Origin: Anthoceros angustus
Lineage: Eukaryota > Plantae > Anthocerotophyta
Direction of reading: 5' to 3'
DNA length: 64,000 nucleotides
Assembly: GCA_010909165.1 (NCBI GenBank)
Contig: VJWM01000108.1
Span: 930,001-994,000 of the forward strand
The notes below the pieces were generated by a model, which was not told the origin of the DNA, searched no databases, and was given only the letters and a program-made list of their open reading frames with translations. Positions 51,521 through 63,934 of this stretch are shown piece after piece (the first letter of the stretch is position 1; every line of letters starts with the position of its first letter). The position numbers and the translations under genes were made by a program.

Positions 51521-53448
51521 GAGTAGAGTGTGTAAGACGTACGTGCTTGCCATTCCCGTCTCTGTGTGGTCATCAGTTGTAGATTCAAGTGGCCATTCCA
51601 ATAAGTTAGTTTGTCGAAAGATTGTTTTAAGACTATACTTCAAGGTTGTTTAAGTAAGACTACATTTCAAGCTTGTTTTTGAAGGTAGTTAGTAGTTTTC
51701 CTTTTTTTGCAAATAGTGTGAATTTCTTCCTTTCATATGAAGCACATAAGGAGGCTTTATTGTGAGTTGATTTTATTCCTTTTCTCAATGGCTTTACAAA
51801 CCTAGGCTTCTTTATATAATATGAATTTTTATAATACATATTTTTCTTCCTATAATAGAACTCCTTTACAATTCATAATAACACAAATTTTTATCATTAC
51901 AATAGAATTGGTTTACCATGTAGACTTTCAACCTACAAAATAAATTTATATAATTTAAAGTTTAAATATAATAATAAAAATTTTACAACATAATTAGTTA
52001 TAACATAAAGCCTAAAACATATCATATTACCGCCAACATTTTAAAATTTCCAACCAATTTATGAAGGACCCTTACGGACTGCCGATTTCCCGAACTTGCA
52101 TCTGTTAGCTCAATAGTTCAGGTGGACAAACTCTCCTCTACTTCTACATGTACATAGAACAAACTTCGACCTGAACAAGCTTTGCCCTCAATGTTTAGAA
52201 TGATCTCCCTCACACCGTGCGATGGTCAAGAGGTAGAGCACCTTTCCTCGATTAGGAAGCATCTTTGATCTGATTGTTGAGCAAAAAATATGCCCACGTG
52301 GACAAATAGGGCTGAGCATCCTCACAAGAAATTGGCCAGATCTGCAGAGGCTAGCCATGTCAAAACATTTTTCAATCGATGAAATCCGACCTCAAAACTA
52401 ACCAGCAGTGGGCACTCAAGTCGTGCCCACCCATTACTTCAGTCCCATTACTTCAGTTGCGACCAGCAACTGGCCACTCCCCCAACCTGTCTAACCTACT
52501 GTCGCTCCTCGTGTGTGTGCAAGATGGAAAGCGCATGATCCCAAGGTAGTCTCACGTAATTTCATAGCATCTTTCAAAATCTTTCCTATTCATCGGGCCT
52601 ACAAGGCCATGAAGATGGCTGGTGGTTTCATCGGGCTGAGAAGGCGGGGTCGGCATTCGTGGGACCCCTAAGCTCTTGGCCCTTTACTGGGTTGTCCTCT
52701 CCATTCGACATAAATGAATTTTCCCATCTCTTCTTTTTAATAAAATCTCCATTGAACCCAAATCCAGACCAAAAAAATTCAATGGCCACGCAAGAAGGAC
52801 GAACGATTCAAAATGAGTCCAATTCGTCCTTATGGAGTTGAAAAGTGGAAGCAAGTTGGCAGGTGCAGGGTGTAGGCGGCAAACTTGATTCAGAAACTAC
52901 CACCGTATGGCAGGGACACCGGGAAATGGGAAATGGGAAATGGAGAGCACCGGTCTTGGGCGAGTGCCCGGATAATGGGACCCACTGCTTATTAGCTCTG
53001 GCGCCAAAGATCTACATGGCCAACTGGAATGCACTTCAAAACGCTACACTTGTCAAGGAGACAGTGCACTGATATTTGACCTGGTTCCAAGAATGCCCAC
53101 AAGGCCAGACTATGTATGTGCATATGAACATGCATATGTATACATATATGTACATGTGTCCATCCATAGTCTGCAGTCATAAGGGTCTAGTGAGAGAGGA
53201 CGGGAGTACTTTGAGGGTTTGCGCCGACAACACTCTTGACCTTCCATGGAGAACCACTGCACATATGTACGTGTTGGGTCTTCTGGGCCGAGCAGCAGAA
53301 CTTGATGAGTTACTAGCTTTCACAACATCAAAAAAGTTACCTGGGGCACAGCAGAGTCCTTTGTAGAATGGCGCCCATCTCCCATTAAAATGACTCCCAA
53401 CTCCCACATCAAACAGTTCACTTTCCACTGGCTAGTTCTTCTTCACTC

Positions 53449-56400
53449 TCACGGTCGACCCTTACAACTGCAACCACCAGCTGCGAATCGATGCACACGG
53501 TACCCATCCCTTACAACAATGTCTCTCTGTTCAACCCTGGACATGATCTCGGTCGAACTGTGGCAGTCACTGCACATGCGTAGATTCTTGGTTACAAGCA
53601 GAGGCGTGCCACTGGGAGTGTTTAAGAGACCAAACGCCAGAGCTAGCTTCTCAGCATGCCCGCAAAGTGCATCTTCCTTTTCCTTCTCACCCAGCGGCTT
53701 CAGCACCAACTTCGTGTGAGGTACGTGGCCCCCTTCCTGCTTCAGACGTGCACTCATACTCTCCACCTTGAGCGCAAGATCATCTCTGTTTTCTCCCACC
53801 ACAAATGTATGTACCTGCTGCTTCACCTCAATGGTCGCCACCGCAGGTTTCTTGTTAGCTCCTGCTACCTTTCTCTCTGTTTCCATCCTCTCTACATCGG
53901 TCCACCTACCTGCATCTGCATAGGCATTGGCCATGAGCACATAAGGCGATGCACCTGAGGTCCAGCTAACAATGCTTTCAAAACACCACATCGCCCTCTA
54001 TATCCCCGTGACTTTTGCAGGCATTCAACAAAGACGTCAACCCACAACATTACTTTGGCCCTCACATGATAACAGCATGTTCTCTGCCTCATCTAAATGG
54101 CCTGCACGCCCAAGAAGATCAATCATGCAATGTAATGCTCAATAGTAGGTTTGATGCCATGCTGTTCAGCCATGGAATCAAAAGTGCTTGCGACCCTCAT
54201 GGACCAGTCCTCATGACTGCATGCTAAAAGGCAAGTAAAAGTAGTATCATCAGGCTGAATACCAGCGACCAACATCTCTTCAAAACAAGCTACTGCGTTG
54301 TGACCTTTATCACAAGCACCATACGCAGCTATCAAAGCTGTCCATGTCACCACATCCTTTGTGCCCAAGCTTTCAAAAACCTGGCATGCATCTTCCAGCT
54401 CACCACACTTTGCATACATGTCCACCAGGCAGTTGCCCAACACTATGTTATCCAGCTGTCCTCTTTCGACAATCTGTGAGTGCAGCTGCCTGCCCTTCTG
54501 CAGGGCACCAGTGCTTGCACAGGCCTTCAGCAGGCAAGCAAAAGTAACATCATTAGCGACAGACCGACCCTCTTCCTCCATTTGCGCATAGAGAACAAGC
54601 GCCTCTTGGCCAAGTCCTTGCTGTGCATACCCAGCTATAAGGGCATTCCATGTCACCACATCCTTTGTGGCCAAGCTATCAAAAGCCTGGCGTCCTTCCT
54701 GCTTCAGACGTGCATCTTCCACCTTGAGCGCAATATCCTCTTTTCTCCCACCACAAATGTATGTACCTGCTGCTTCACCTCAATGGTCGCCACTGCAGGT
54801 TTCTTGTTAGCTCCTGCTACCTTCTCTGTGTTTCAATCCTGTCTACATCGGTCCACCTACCTGCATCTGCATAGGCATTGGCCATGAGCACATAAGGCGA
54901 TGCACTCTGAGGCTCAAGTCTAACCAGACTTGCAAAACAACGCGTCGCCCTCTCTACATCCCCATAACTTTTGCAGGCAGTCAGCAAAGATGTCAACCCA
55001 ACAACATTGCTTTGGCTCCCACATGATAACAGCATGTTCTCTGCCTCATCTAAATGGCCTGCACGCCCAAGAAGATCAATCATGCAACTGTAATGCTCAA
55101 TAGTAGGCTCAATGCCATGCTGTTCAGCCATGGAATCAAAATGCTTGCGACCTTCATGCACCAGCCCCTCATGACTGCAGGCTGCTAAAAGGCAAGTAAA
55201 AGTAGTATCATCAGGCTGAATACCAGCGACCAACATCTCTTCAAAACAAGCTACTGCGTTGTGACCTTCATCACAAGCACCATACCCAGATATCAGGGCT
55301 GTCCATGTCACCACATCCTTTGTGCCAAGCTGTCAAAAACCTGGCGTGCATCTTCCAGTTCACCACATTTTGCATACATGTCCACCAGGCAGTTGCCCAA
55401 CACTATGTTATCCAGCAGTCCTCTTCACAATCTGTGAGTGCAGCTGCCTGCCCTTCTGTAAGGCACCAGTGCTTGCACAGGCCTTCAGAAGGCAAGCAAA
55501 AGTAACATCATTAGCCAAAATGAGGCCCTCCTGCTCCATTTGTCCATACAGAACAAGCGCCTCCAAGTCCTTGCTGCATACCCAGCAATCAGGGCATTCC
55601 ATGTCACCACATCCTTTGTGGCCAAGCTGTCAAAAACCTGGCGTGCATCTTCCAGTTCACCACATTTTGCATACATGTCCACCAGGCAGTTGCCCACCAG
55701 TAAGTCATCCAGCAGTCCTCTTTGACAATCTGTGAGTGCAGCTGCCTGCCCTTCTGTAAGGCACCAGTGCTTGCACAGGCCTTCAGAAGGCAAGCAAAAG
55801 TAACATGGTCAGCCAAAATGAGGCCCTCCTCCATTTGTCCATACAGACAAGCGCCTCTCCGCCTTGCTGTGCATACCCAGCTATAAGGGCATTCCATGTC
55901 ACCACATCCTTTGTGGCCAAGCTATCAAAAGCCTGGTGTGCATCTTTCAGTTCGCCACATTTTGCATACATGTCAACTAGGCAGTTGCCCACCAGTAAGT
56001 CATGCAGCAGTCCTCTTTTGACAATCTGTGAGTGCAGCTGCCTGCCCTTCCGTAAGGCACCAGTACTTGCACAGGCTTTCAGAAGGCAAGCAAAAATAAC
56101 ACGGTCAGCCAAAATGAGGCCCTCTTCCTCCATTTGTCCATACAGTACAAGCGCCTCTCCGCCGCGTCCTTGCTGTATATACCCATCAATCAGGGCCGTC
56201 CATGTCACCACATCCTTTGTGGCCAAGTTGTCAAAGGCCTGGCGTGCATCTTCCAATTCGCCACATTTAGCATACATGTCAACCAGGCAGTTTCCGACAA
56301 ACAAGTCGGGAGGAATGCCACTCTGCAACATATCACAGTGCACTTTCCTGCCAGAGTCCAGGTCGGCAGCAAATGCACAAGCCTGAAGGGCAGCTACAAA

Positions 56401-57291
56401 GACATGACCATCCGCCTTCACTCCTGACCTCCGCATCTCATGGTACAGTTGTATGGCCTCATTAGGTTTCCCTTGCTTAGCGTATGCAGAGATAATGGAA
56501 AACCACATGAAGACGTTTGGTTTCCCCACCCTGGTGAACACATCCATGGCCTCCTGCAGCCTACCTCCAGATGCATACATGCGCAAGATATGGTTACCTA
56601 AGTATGTATCCGACTCGTACCCAAGTTTGACAGCGAGATCATGAACTCGTCGCCCAGCAACCAGATCCTTCTTAGCTGTACATAGTTTCAGCACAGTGTA
56701 AAACAGAGACTGAGAAATAGCAGAGTCTTCCTCCGCCAGAGATTCCAGGGCTCCAACGGCCTCAGGAAGATTCCCCTGCTGACATAGCGCGCTCACGGTC
56801 ACAGCCGTTACGACGACCATTTCCGATCCTGCAAGCCTGCCAGGTTCAGGCTTATCCAGAGAGCTCGACTTGGAAGGAGAGGGACCATGACTCATCTGCA
56901 TATCCAAAGACACGAGCTGCTCATCAACCCAAGCTGGCTTGAGCATGCTGTTTAACCACAGGACCTCTCTAGACCCCTTATGCCGGAAGTCAGGCGAACG
57001 GGGGCTCTTCTTATCTCGTCTGTTGTCCCACCACATGGTAGGCTCCAGAAAGAATCGTTGCCACAAGTGCTCTTGCTCCTGGCGACGACCATCGCTGGAA
57101 AACCCCTCCCCACCCACGCATTTTCTCGGAAGTGGAAGTGCTGGGCTCTCCTCTCTCCTGCACCTGGAGACTTGGTTGTTTGCCAGGGGAGGACTCCCTA
57201 AGGTGAGGTGAGCGGGAGCTCCTGGTAGAATCCCTGTACACCCACCAATTTTCTGGGTCCACAACGGATCCGGTTGCCATACAGTGGCCAT
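53449..57291 (-). CDS. PPR gene 3: PDF motif + ~17 PLS motifs + E1-E2 + DYW:KP(GRP), with a duplicated C-terminal block and many frameshifts (pseudogene or assembly error)
   Basis: Starts MATVWQPDP at 57291 and is open to ~55870, then frameshifted. P2-L2-S2-E1-E2 and the DYW start lie at ~55314-54690. The sequence then jumps back into an S motif, followed by P-L-S-P2-L2-S2-E1-E2 and a full DYW ending CSCKGRP* at 53449. Confidence 0.8.
56917..57072 (-). other. OSB-type PDF motif (gene 3)
   Basis: HLWQRFFLEPTMWWDNRRDKKSPRSPDFRHKGSREVLWLNSMLKPAWVDEQL. Confidence 0.8.
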
Positions 57292-57559
57292 CGCGCAGGG
57301 ACCTGTGTCTGGAGATGAGACGCACAACAATCTACGGCAGGTTGGCCGGGTATTGTGCATCACCCACCCGTGTGCACCCTGCACAACTCATGTCGGATGT
57401 AAACAACAAAAAATACGGCCATAAAAGAGCAATGGACTTTGGCGCTAGCTTTGCCCCGCTAGCCTTGGAGCCGCTTTCCATGTAGGTGTACCAAACCTTA
57501 ACAAACGTAGAAGTAGTAAAAATATATTGAATTTTAAAGATACTTACCGGCATTAAACG

Positions 57560-57639
57560 AAAGGTTCCGGTGGTGTATTTCTTCTTGGCTGACATCGCGA
57601 AAGGTTCCGGTGGTGTATTTCTTCTTGGCTGACATCGCG
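57560..57639. repeat. Perfect 40 bp tandem duplication
   Basis: aaaggttccggtggtgtatttcttcttggctgacatcgcg occurs twice in tandem. Confidence 0.95.
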
Positions 57640-58599
57640 GATGGCTAATGGTAAAGGGTGTTAGAGGCAGTTTTTATCCTTTATGTGCGATGAGGTCATT
57701 CATGAGTACAGGATGATTTGGTATTAATTAATAAAAATTAGTAAAAATTTAAAATCCAGAAATTACTATACTTAAAATACCGAATGTGTAAAAAATTATG
57801 AGTTTAAGATGCCGAAAATAAGGAAAAGGTAAGGAGCGCGCTAGCAGGGTTTGGAAGACCGAGTAGGCTTGATCGAGATCAGGATCGCTCGAGAACGGAC
57901 AGATCCCGATCTCGATCATGCCTCACTCGCAACAGACGCCTGTTGGACAGCTATGAGCCCATCCACGGCGTGTTGCACTACGAGGGCGAGGGCGAGAGCG
58001 AGTGCGAGGGCGAGGGCGAGGTTGCAGGAGGCAGCTAAGGTCGCAGGAGGCAACAATTGAGGCTGCAGCAGGTAACAGCCTCACGAGGTTGCTACGGGCA
58101 ACTGAGGTCCCTATCTAGATAGCTAGGGTCAGTTCCATAGGTAGCTAAGGTCAGTTCCCTATCTAGGTAGCTAGGGTCAGTCCTCTTCCTAGGTAGTTAG
58201 GGTCAATCCCCTACCTAGGTTGCTAGGGTTTCCCTGGTTAGGGTCAGCTCCCTAGCTAAAAGTCAAGGTCAGTCCCTAGGAACTTTAGTTAGTCTCATTC
58301 CCATGACTATCTACCAGGCTTTTAGTATTGTTCCAAAGATCTTATAGATGTTTATTCTTCCTAGCTGATTGTTTCATTCTAGCTTTGTTTTTGCTGCAGG
58401 TTGGTGCTGGTCAACTTGTTGAAGCTTTTGCTGTAGCCAAACATTTCTTCATCGCATCCACTACTTCAGATTAGTAGTCTTCATCATCTTCTTCTCTTTC
58501 AAATTCATGTCTTTCTTCTATGTCTTCAGTTATTCTAGAAAATAAGGATGTTGTCGTGTTTGCATTCATTGCCTCTATCTAAAAATTTGAGTTGAATGC

Positions 58600-59890
58600 T
58601 CTTAGAATACTTGTCTTCTCCCATCCGTGTCTGATCATGTCTTGAAATATGTGTCCATGCATTGAATAACCATTCACACACCTTGGGCTTCAAGATTTTG
58701 AGTTTGAGATTAACAGCTATTTTTTCTCCTTCCTTGAGTTGCTCTTGAATAGTAGTTGCTGTCCACTTGCAGAATTCTCACTTGAAAGAGTGCTTCAAAA
58801 GGCGCTAAAGGATTACATCATTAGGTTGCAACTTGCTAGTGCATCTAGCAGGAATGAAGATCACACATATCAAAGGGTAAGTACTTTTCAGCCAGTCTAG
58901 GAATTCCTTGCTTTTGTGAACACTCCAACAATTTGTAATCCAAATCATCTTCTGCCTTGTGGCCAACCTCAAGATTTCTAGCTGCCTTTCATAGTAGGGG
59001 ATCGAAATTTCCTTCATAAATGCCTTTAATGGCTCTAGCGTAGACCAATGAGTGCTAGCATATGTTAAATGAAATCCGCTTCTACATATAGCTTGGCATC
59101 ATCATGAGCTTTGGGGACCACGACCTACTTGTTGTTCCCATTGGAGTGGTAGGAAGTAACCTGCTGCGGATGAAGATACCATTGCTCTAATTTGCCTCTT
59201 GTCCTCTACCCCAAGCACCTTGATATCTTTTGTCCCTTTAACCTCCCATATGCGTTCTCCCTTTGTAGGAACCAAGTGGATTCTCGTTTGATCACTATTG
59301 ATAACTAGTTCCGGTGGAATATCATAAGCTCTTGAGAGGTAAGCTAATTTATATGCCATCATCCTTCCTTCATCTTCACAAGTCTCCGAGAGCTTAGAAG
59401 CTGCAGTTGTAGATCATGCTCATTAGGACCACGAGAGTTCTTTTTTCATGAACTTTCTTGTCCAATCAATGCTAACTTTGAAAGTTCTGTTTCCAATGAG
59501 TTAGATGCTCTAGCTTGAATTATGCCCCTCAGCATGGGTTGGACAAGAGGGGCATTGATTGGTTCCCCCTCATTCTTCAAGGTTCTCAAGAAATCACCAA
59601 GCTCCTTCCTTAGATCAGGTCTATCTTCCAAAGGTCCCATGTTGATAGTTGGGCCGGATACTGCAAATGTTTTTACCAACTGCAAGCTTGTACGCAGGCT
59701 TCAACTCCCATGTCTTCGAGTCAAACCAAGTGTACAATGATCCATGCGTTAACTTGGTATATGGATTGTCCATCCCGTGCTTTCAATGGGCAATCTTAAG
59801 ATAATGCTATGCATTAGCAAAATTCCTATGCTTCATAACACTTGCATCTATCGGAGACCATAAATGGTCTTGAAACCATTTAGTTTAAGG
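58600..59890 (-). mobile_element. Decayed pogo/Tc5-like transposase (CENP-B-type HTH + DDE_1-like)
   Basis: Fragments read ELGDFLRTLKNEGEPINAPLV, IPPELVINSDQTRIHLVP..GVEDKRQI..GYFLPLQ, CWSVHKSKEFLDWL..IFIPARCTSKLQPNDV and KPKVCEWLFNAW. Stops and frameshifts are present. TIRs were not found. Confidence 0.75.
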
Positions 59891-60559
59891 ACTCTTTCGT
59901 TTCTTGTGCGTATTGCTGCTGACATCCTCATCCTCTTGCTTGATCCTCTTCATTGGTAGAAGACTGCTTCACATGTTGTCTTGCGAGGTCTTCCACTTGG
60001 TCATTTCATAGGTGCTGGCTCTGATACTTTTTCATGTGAAGTCCCAGCCACACTTGTAGAAAGCAAGTGCACATCTCATGCAATTTCAGCATGCCCCTCC
60101 TTCTCTTAATTTTACAGAACATGGATGTTAGTAGAAATTATTTGTTTGTTGCTATGTTTGGGTGCTTGCAAGCAGACACTTTCCCAAATAAAAAAAGCCC
60201 AATGAAATCAGGTTGACCTTGTTTAAAACGTGCTTGTTTGAAAAGCTAGGGCTTCTTAGAAACTAGGGCTTGTTTGAAAAGCTAGAGGTCGCTTGGGAAA
60301 CTAGGATTTGTGTAGAAAATTAGAGCCTGTTTAAGGAAGGTCTATACATATTTCTTAGTCTATATAGATACATATGTATTCTAATAAATGCTGAAATTTG
60401 ATAATTTTGAAATTTTGAAAATATAAATAATTATTTTTAACCTTAATTTTTTTTCAGAAAATAATTATTTCGGCATTACCCTGTTGAACCACCCCTCGGA
60501 GTATAGTAGTCTGGGTGATCACTTTGTACTCCATGCTGGTTGTAATTAGAAGTTTTCTT

Positions 60560-62200
60560 CCATAGTTGCCGTAACAGCTCCCACTTAGATCTACACTGAT
60601 CTGGAGAAGCTTTGGTGCCATGCTTCACACAAGTAAGCTGCTAATACATCCCACCTAACATTTGAAGATTTCATCTTTTCTTTTACACTTTTAAATGCCT
60701 GCTTCTCCTCCTCGATTCTTACAGCAGCCTGTAACATAAGACGATTGTTGATCTTCCAAGACATTCGAGAAGGTGGATATGGAAGCAGTGGAGCATAGGT
60801 AGGAGGAGGTTTCCATGGGACAACACAAGGCAATGGAGACCTCCTTGCATGATGTTGCTAGGTGGAAGGAACGAAAAATTGTTCCAATTCAAAAGGAGGC
60901 TATTGGAATTAGGGACCAAGGGCTAAATGCCATGAGACTTTTGATTTCTCCGATTAGCTTGCTATCGTGACAGCCTCAATATAGAGATAGAAACGCACTT
61001 AGCATTGAGCATGTTAGGGCACAATAAGTGAGATGCATCATACTTTAATGAATTAATTAGGGTTTTGCATCATGCCCCTTTATCGATAACGGTTCATCTC
61101 TGCACCTACTCATTTTGACAAGACTCTTAATTGTCGTCTTTTCGTTAATCAAGTGGTTGTTTCTTTGAAAAACGTGTGTGATGATATCAAAGATAGATGT
61201 TGATCATGCTACCACAGACAAGCGCGACATCGTAACTCGTTGGAGAATGAGTACAAAAGGAGTCACCTTGCCCCGGTCTCACACGGAAAAGTGTTTAAAA
61301 CCAAAATAAATCTTCCATCGTCATAAATTCTCCCATGGCTATGAAGGCCAAGGAAAACATCCAATACAAAATCAGTGCTGTCCTTTCTGTCCGCGATGGC
61401 CCGAATGAGGCATCGCTCCATCATCGATATGGTTATGGGTGGTTGCCCACCACGGCAAGCCGAAAGGATTACATTAAGTAAGGATTCTTGTAGATCCATT
61501 TGGCACCGTAGAAGCGCACATGTCACGACACCCCCTTCAAACCCTACCCCTTGTCATCAACAACTGGAGTTAGAGGGAATCAATCATTCAAATGATTAGA
61601 AGCCACTCTAAGGAATTGGCAATTGAACAGGATTGATTCTTTGCTCGCCTGGAACTCAGAACTCGAAATATCGCGGTTGAGAGGCCTTGATGGCTTCTTC
61701 GATTTTGATCATGAGCCCAACATTCGGTCAAATTACATCTTCATTCCGGACTAAGCATACTTTCTTTCAGTTGCACCGGCTACTCCAGCTGGTCACGCTC
61801 CACTCGCTACTCCAGCTGGTCATGCTCCACTGGTGCCAACTATCCATGCTCCTCTACACTAACAATTTTGTTTTGGCCTTCCCCTTGGCCAAAACAAAAT
61901 TGGGAATCTCTTGTGCCACCAAAAGTGGAATCAACCGCTTTCAGTATATTTGGAATTGTTGTAGCCGCATCAAAAGCGGCTCTTATTGACACATCATATT
62001 GAAAGAGTGACAACTTGAATAGTACCTTGTATGGGTTAAGCATCGTCATAAAGTTTAGTATCTTGTACTCCATAATCTTGTGGCCACCATAGTGTATACA
62101 ATCTTCTAAGTTGTTAACTTCACAATGATGTTCAAAGTAAGACGGTTTACCTTGTTGAAAGAAATATGCCGATGGAATGTAGAAATAAATTCGAATTCCG
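60560..62200 (-). pseudogene. Unidentified protein-like coding relic or exons
   Basis: Protein-like segments lie at 61840-62160 (FEHHCEVNNLEDCIHYGGHKIMEYKIL..), 61263-61400 (FVLDVFLGLHSHGRIYDDGRFILVLNTFP) and 60591-60750 (LMLQAAVRIEEEKQAF..RWDVLAAYLCEAW). The family was not recognised. Confidence 0.3.
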
Positions 62201-63934
62201 GTTGTACGCTGCCGATAATTTGAGTTGGGACTCGTGGTTTCCTGGTTTCCTACACCTTTTCCAAGTGGTGTTTGCATATGGCGGTTCAAAGGACTTATCT
62301 TTGGATATGCGAGAGGCATGATAGCTTTAGCTGGTGGCACTGAGAAATGAATAGAAAACAAAAGTTGGGAATGAAGAGTAATGTCTGAAGAGTAGGCTCA
62401 GAAGCGATGCGTAGAATGGAAATATCCTGAAGCACCACTACAGTCTATGCCACTATAGTTATCTGAGGCACTATTACTGAACAATGCATGTTGGAGTGTG
62501 AAGTGGTGATAAGTAAGTTTGCATGGATCATGAGAGAACTATTTACACTTCATTGAAACAATCTTCAATGTTCGGATGGAAAGTAATGTTTAAAGGTTAA
62601 GCTTGCAACATGGAAATGAGAAATAAGTGTGCTAGGTGTATTACCTATGCCACTTTGGTTTTCTGAAGCACCACTACTGAACAGTCCATGTTGGAGTGTA
62701 AATTGGTGACGTGTAAGTTTGCATGCATCACGACGCACCTATTTACGTTTCGTCGAAACGGCAATCAAGTTAACAACTGCAACCTTCAAAGTTCAGATGG
62801 TAAGTAGTGTATGAAGATTAAGCTTCCAGGATGGAAATGGAAACTTAGTGTGATGAGTGTACTAGTATACATAAAATACTGAAACTTATTGAATACACCA
62901 CTTTAGTTATGTGGAGCACCGTTGTTGCCCACATCACTTTAGCTATCTAGAGCACCGTCACCGTTCATGTTCGCATTTATATTTCGTCGAAACATCATCA
63001 GAGTTTAGTCCGCAATCATGAGCTTTAACATGCCATTCTGCACATAAAAATCCAACCACATTAACAATTGCTCAGGTTGTTCAAGATGCTTGGGTTCTGG
63101 TCTTTATGACCTTCAAGAGAGACAAAAAGAAAGACTTCCGTCATCAAATGCCCTTGGAATGAGAGACTTCTATCAAAAACTCCTATAGGACACACAAGTT
63201 TAAGGCAAAAGTGGCACAACAAAATCTCCAGCTAACAATCTTCATGAATTCGACAAGCTTTAGTTTCAAAAACTTTGTTACCAAACACCATGGGAACGGG
63301 AAACTCGTCTCTTACCAAGAGTAAAAATGCAAAATAAAAACACCATCAAACTCTTTCAAACACAAGTAAACCAAACAGCGAAAAATTCAAGACGGCCAGT
63401 GACAAACACATTGTTTTGCCTAAAACACACTTGCCACTGGACTTTTAATCAAATTTCCTAATCTCGCCCGTAAAGAAACTACACACTTCCACATAACATC
63501 CTCTTCAACACAAACTAACTACGTATTCGTGCACCAAGAAAAACAACCTTGTAGCTCGGAGTGAAAACTTGGTAACGAGACAAGAATTATGCCCTCCATA
63601 AGGGCATAATTAATAAGATTACTAGTCTGATAAAGACTTGAACTTGAATTTGTTGTCATAACTAACAAATTCAGTCTGCATTACAAAAGCAAACGCCCTC
63701 AAACTCCTGATTTTTGCCTTCACTTTGAATGGGCTAATTTATATACTTGAAAATAAAGATTGATAAACTCCTAGATCCTTTAACTAGGAATAGATCAGTC
63801 AGATTTGAGGTTTCAGTTAGGTGTTTGATGCACAACGCATCGCACCACCTCTTGCGCCTGGACCCCTAGCCGCCTTTTAATTGATATCTCAGCCACGCCA
63901 CGCCACGCCATGCAAGGCAAGCGCACAAATAAAT

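Noticed and set aside
57370-60520. Terminal inverted repeats delimiting the pogo-like element
   Set aside because: No convincing inverted pair or TA target duplication was found by eye.
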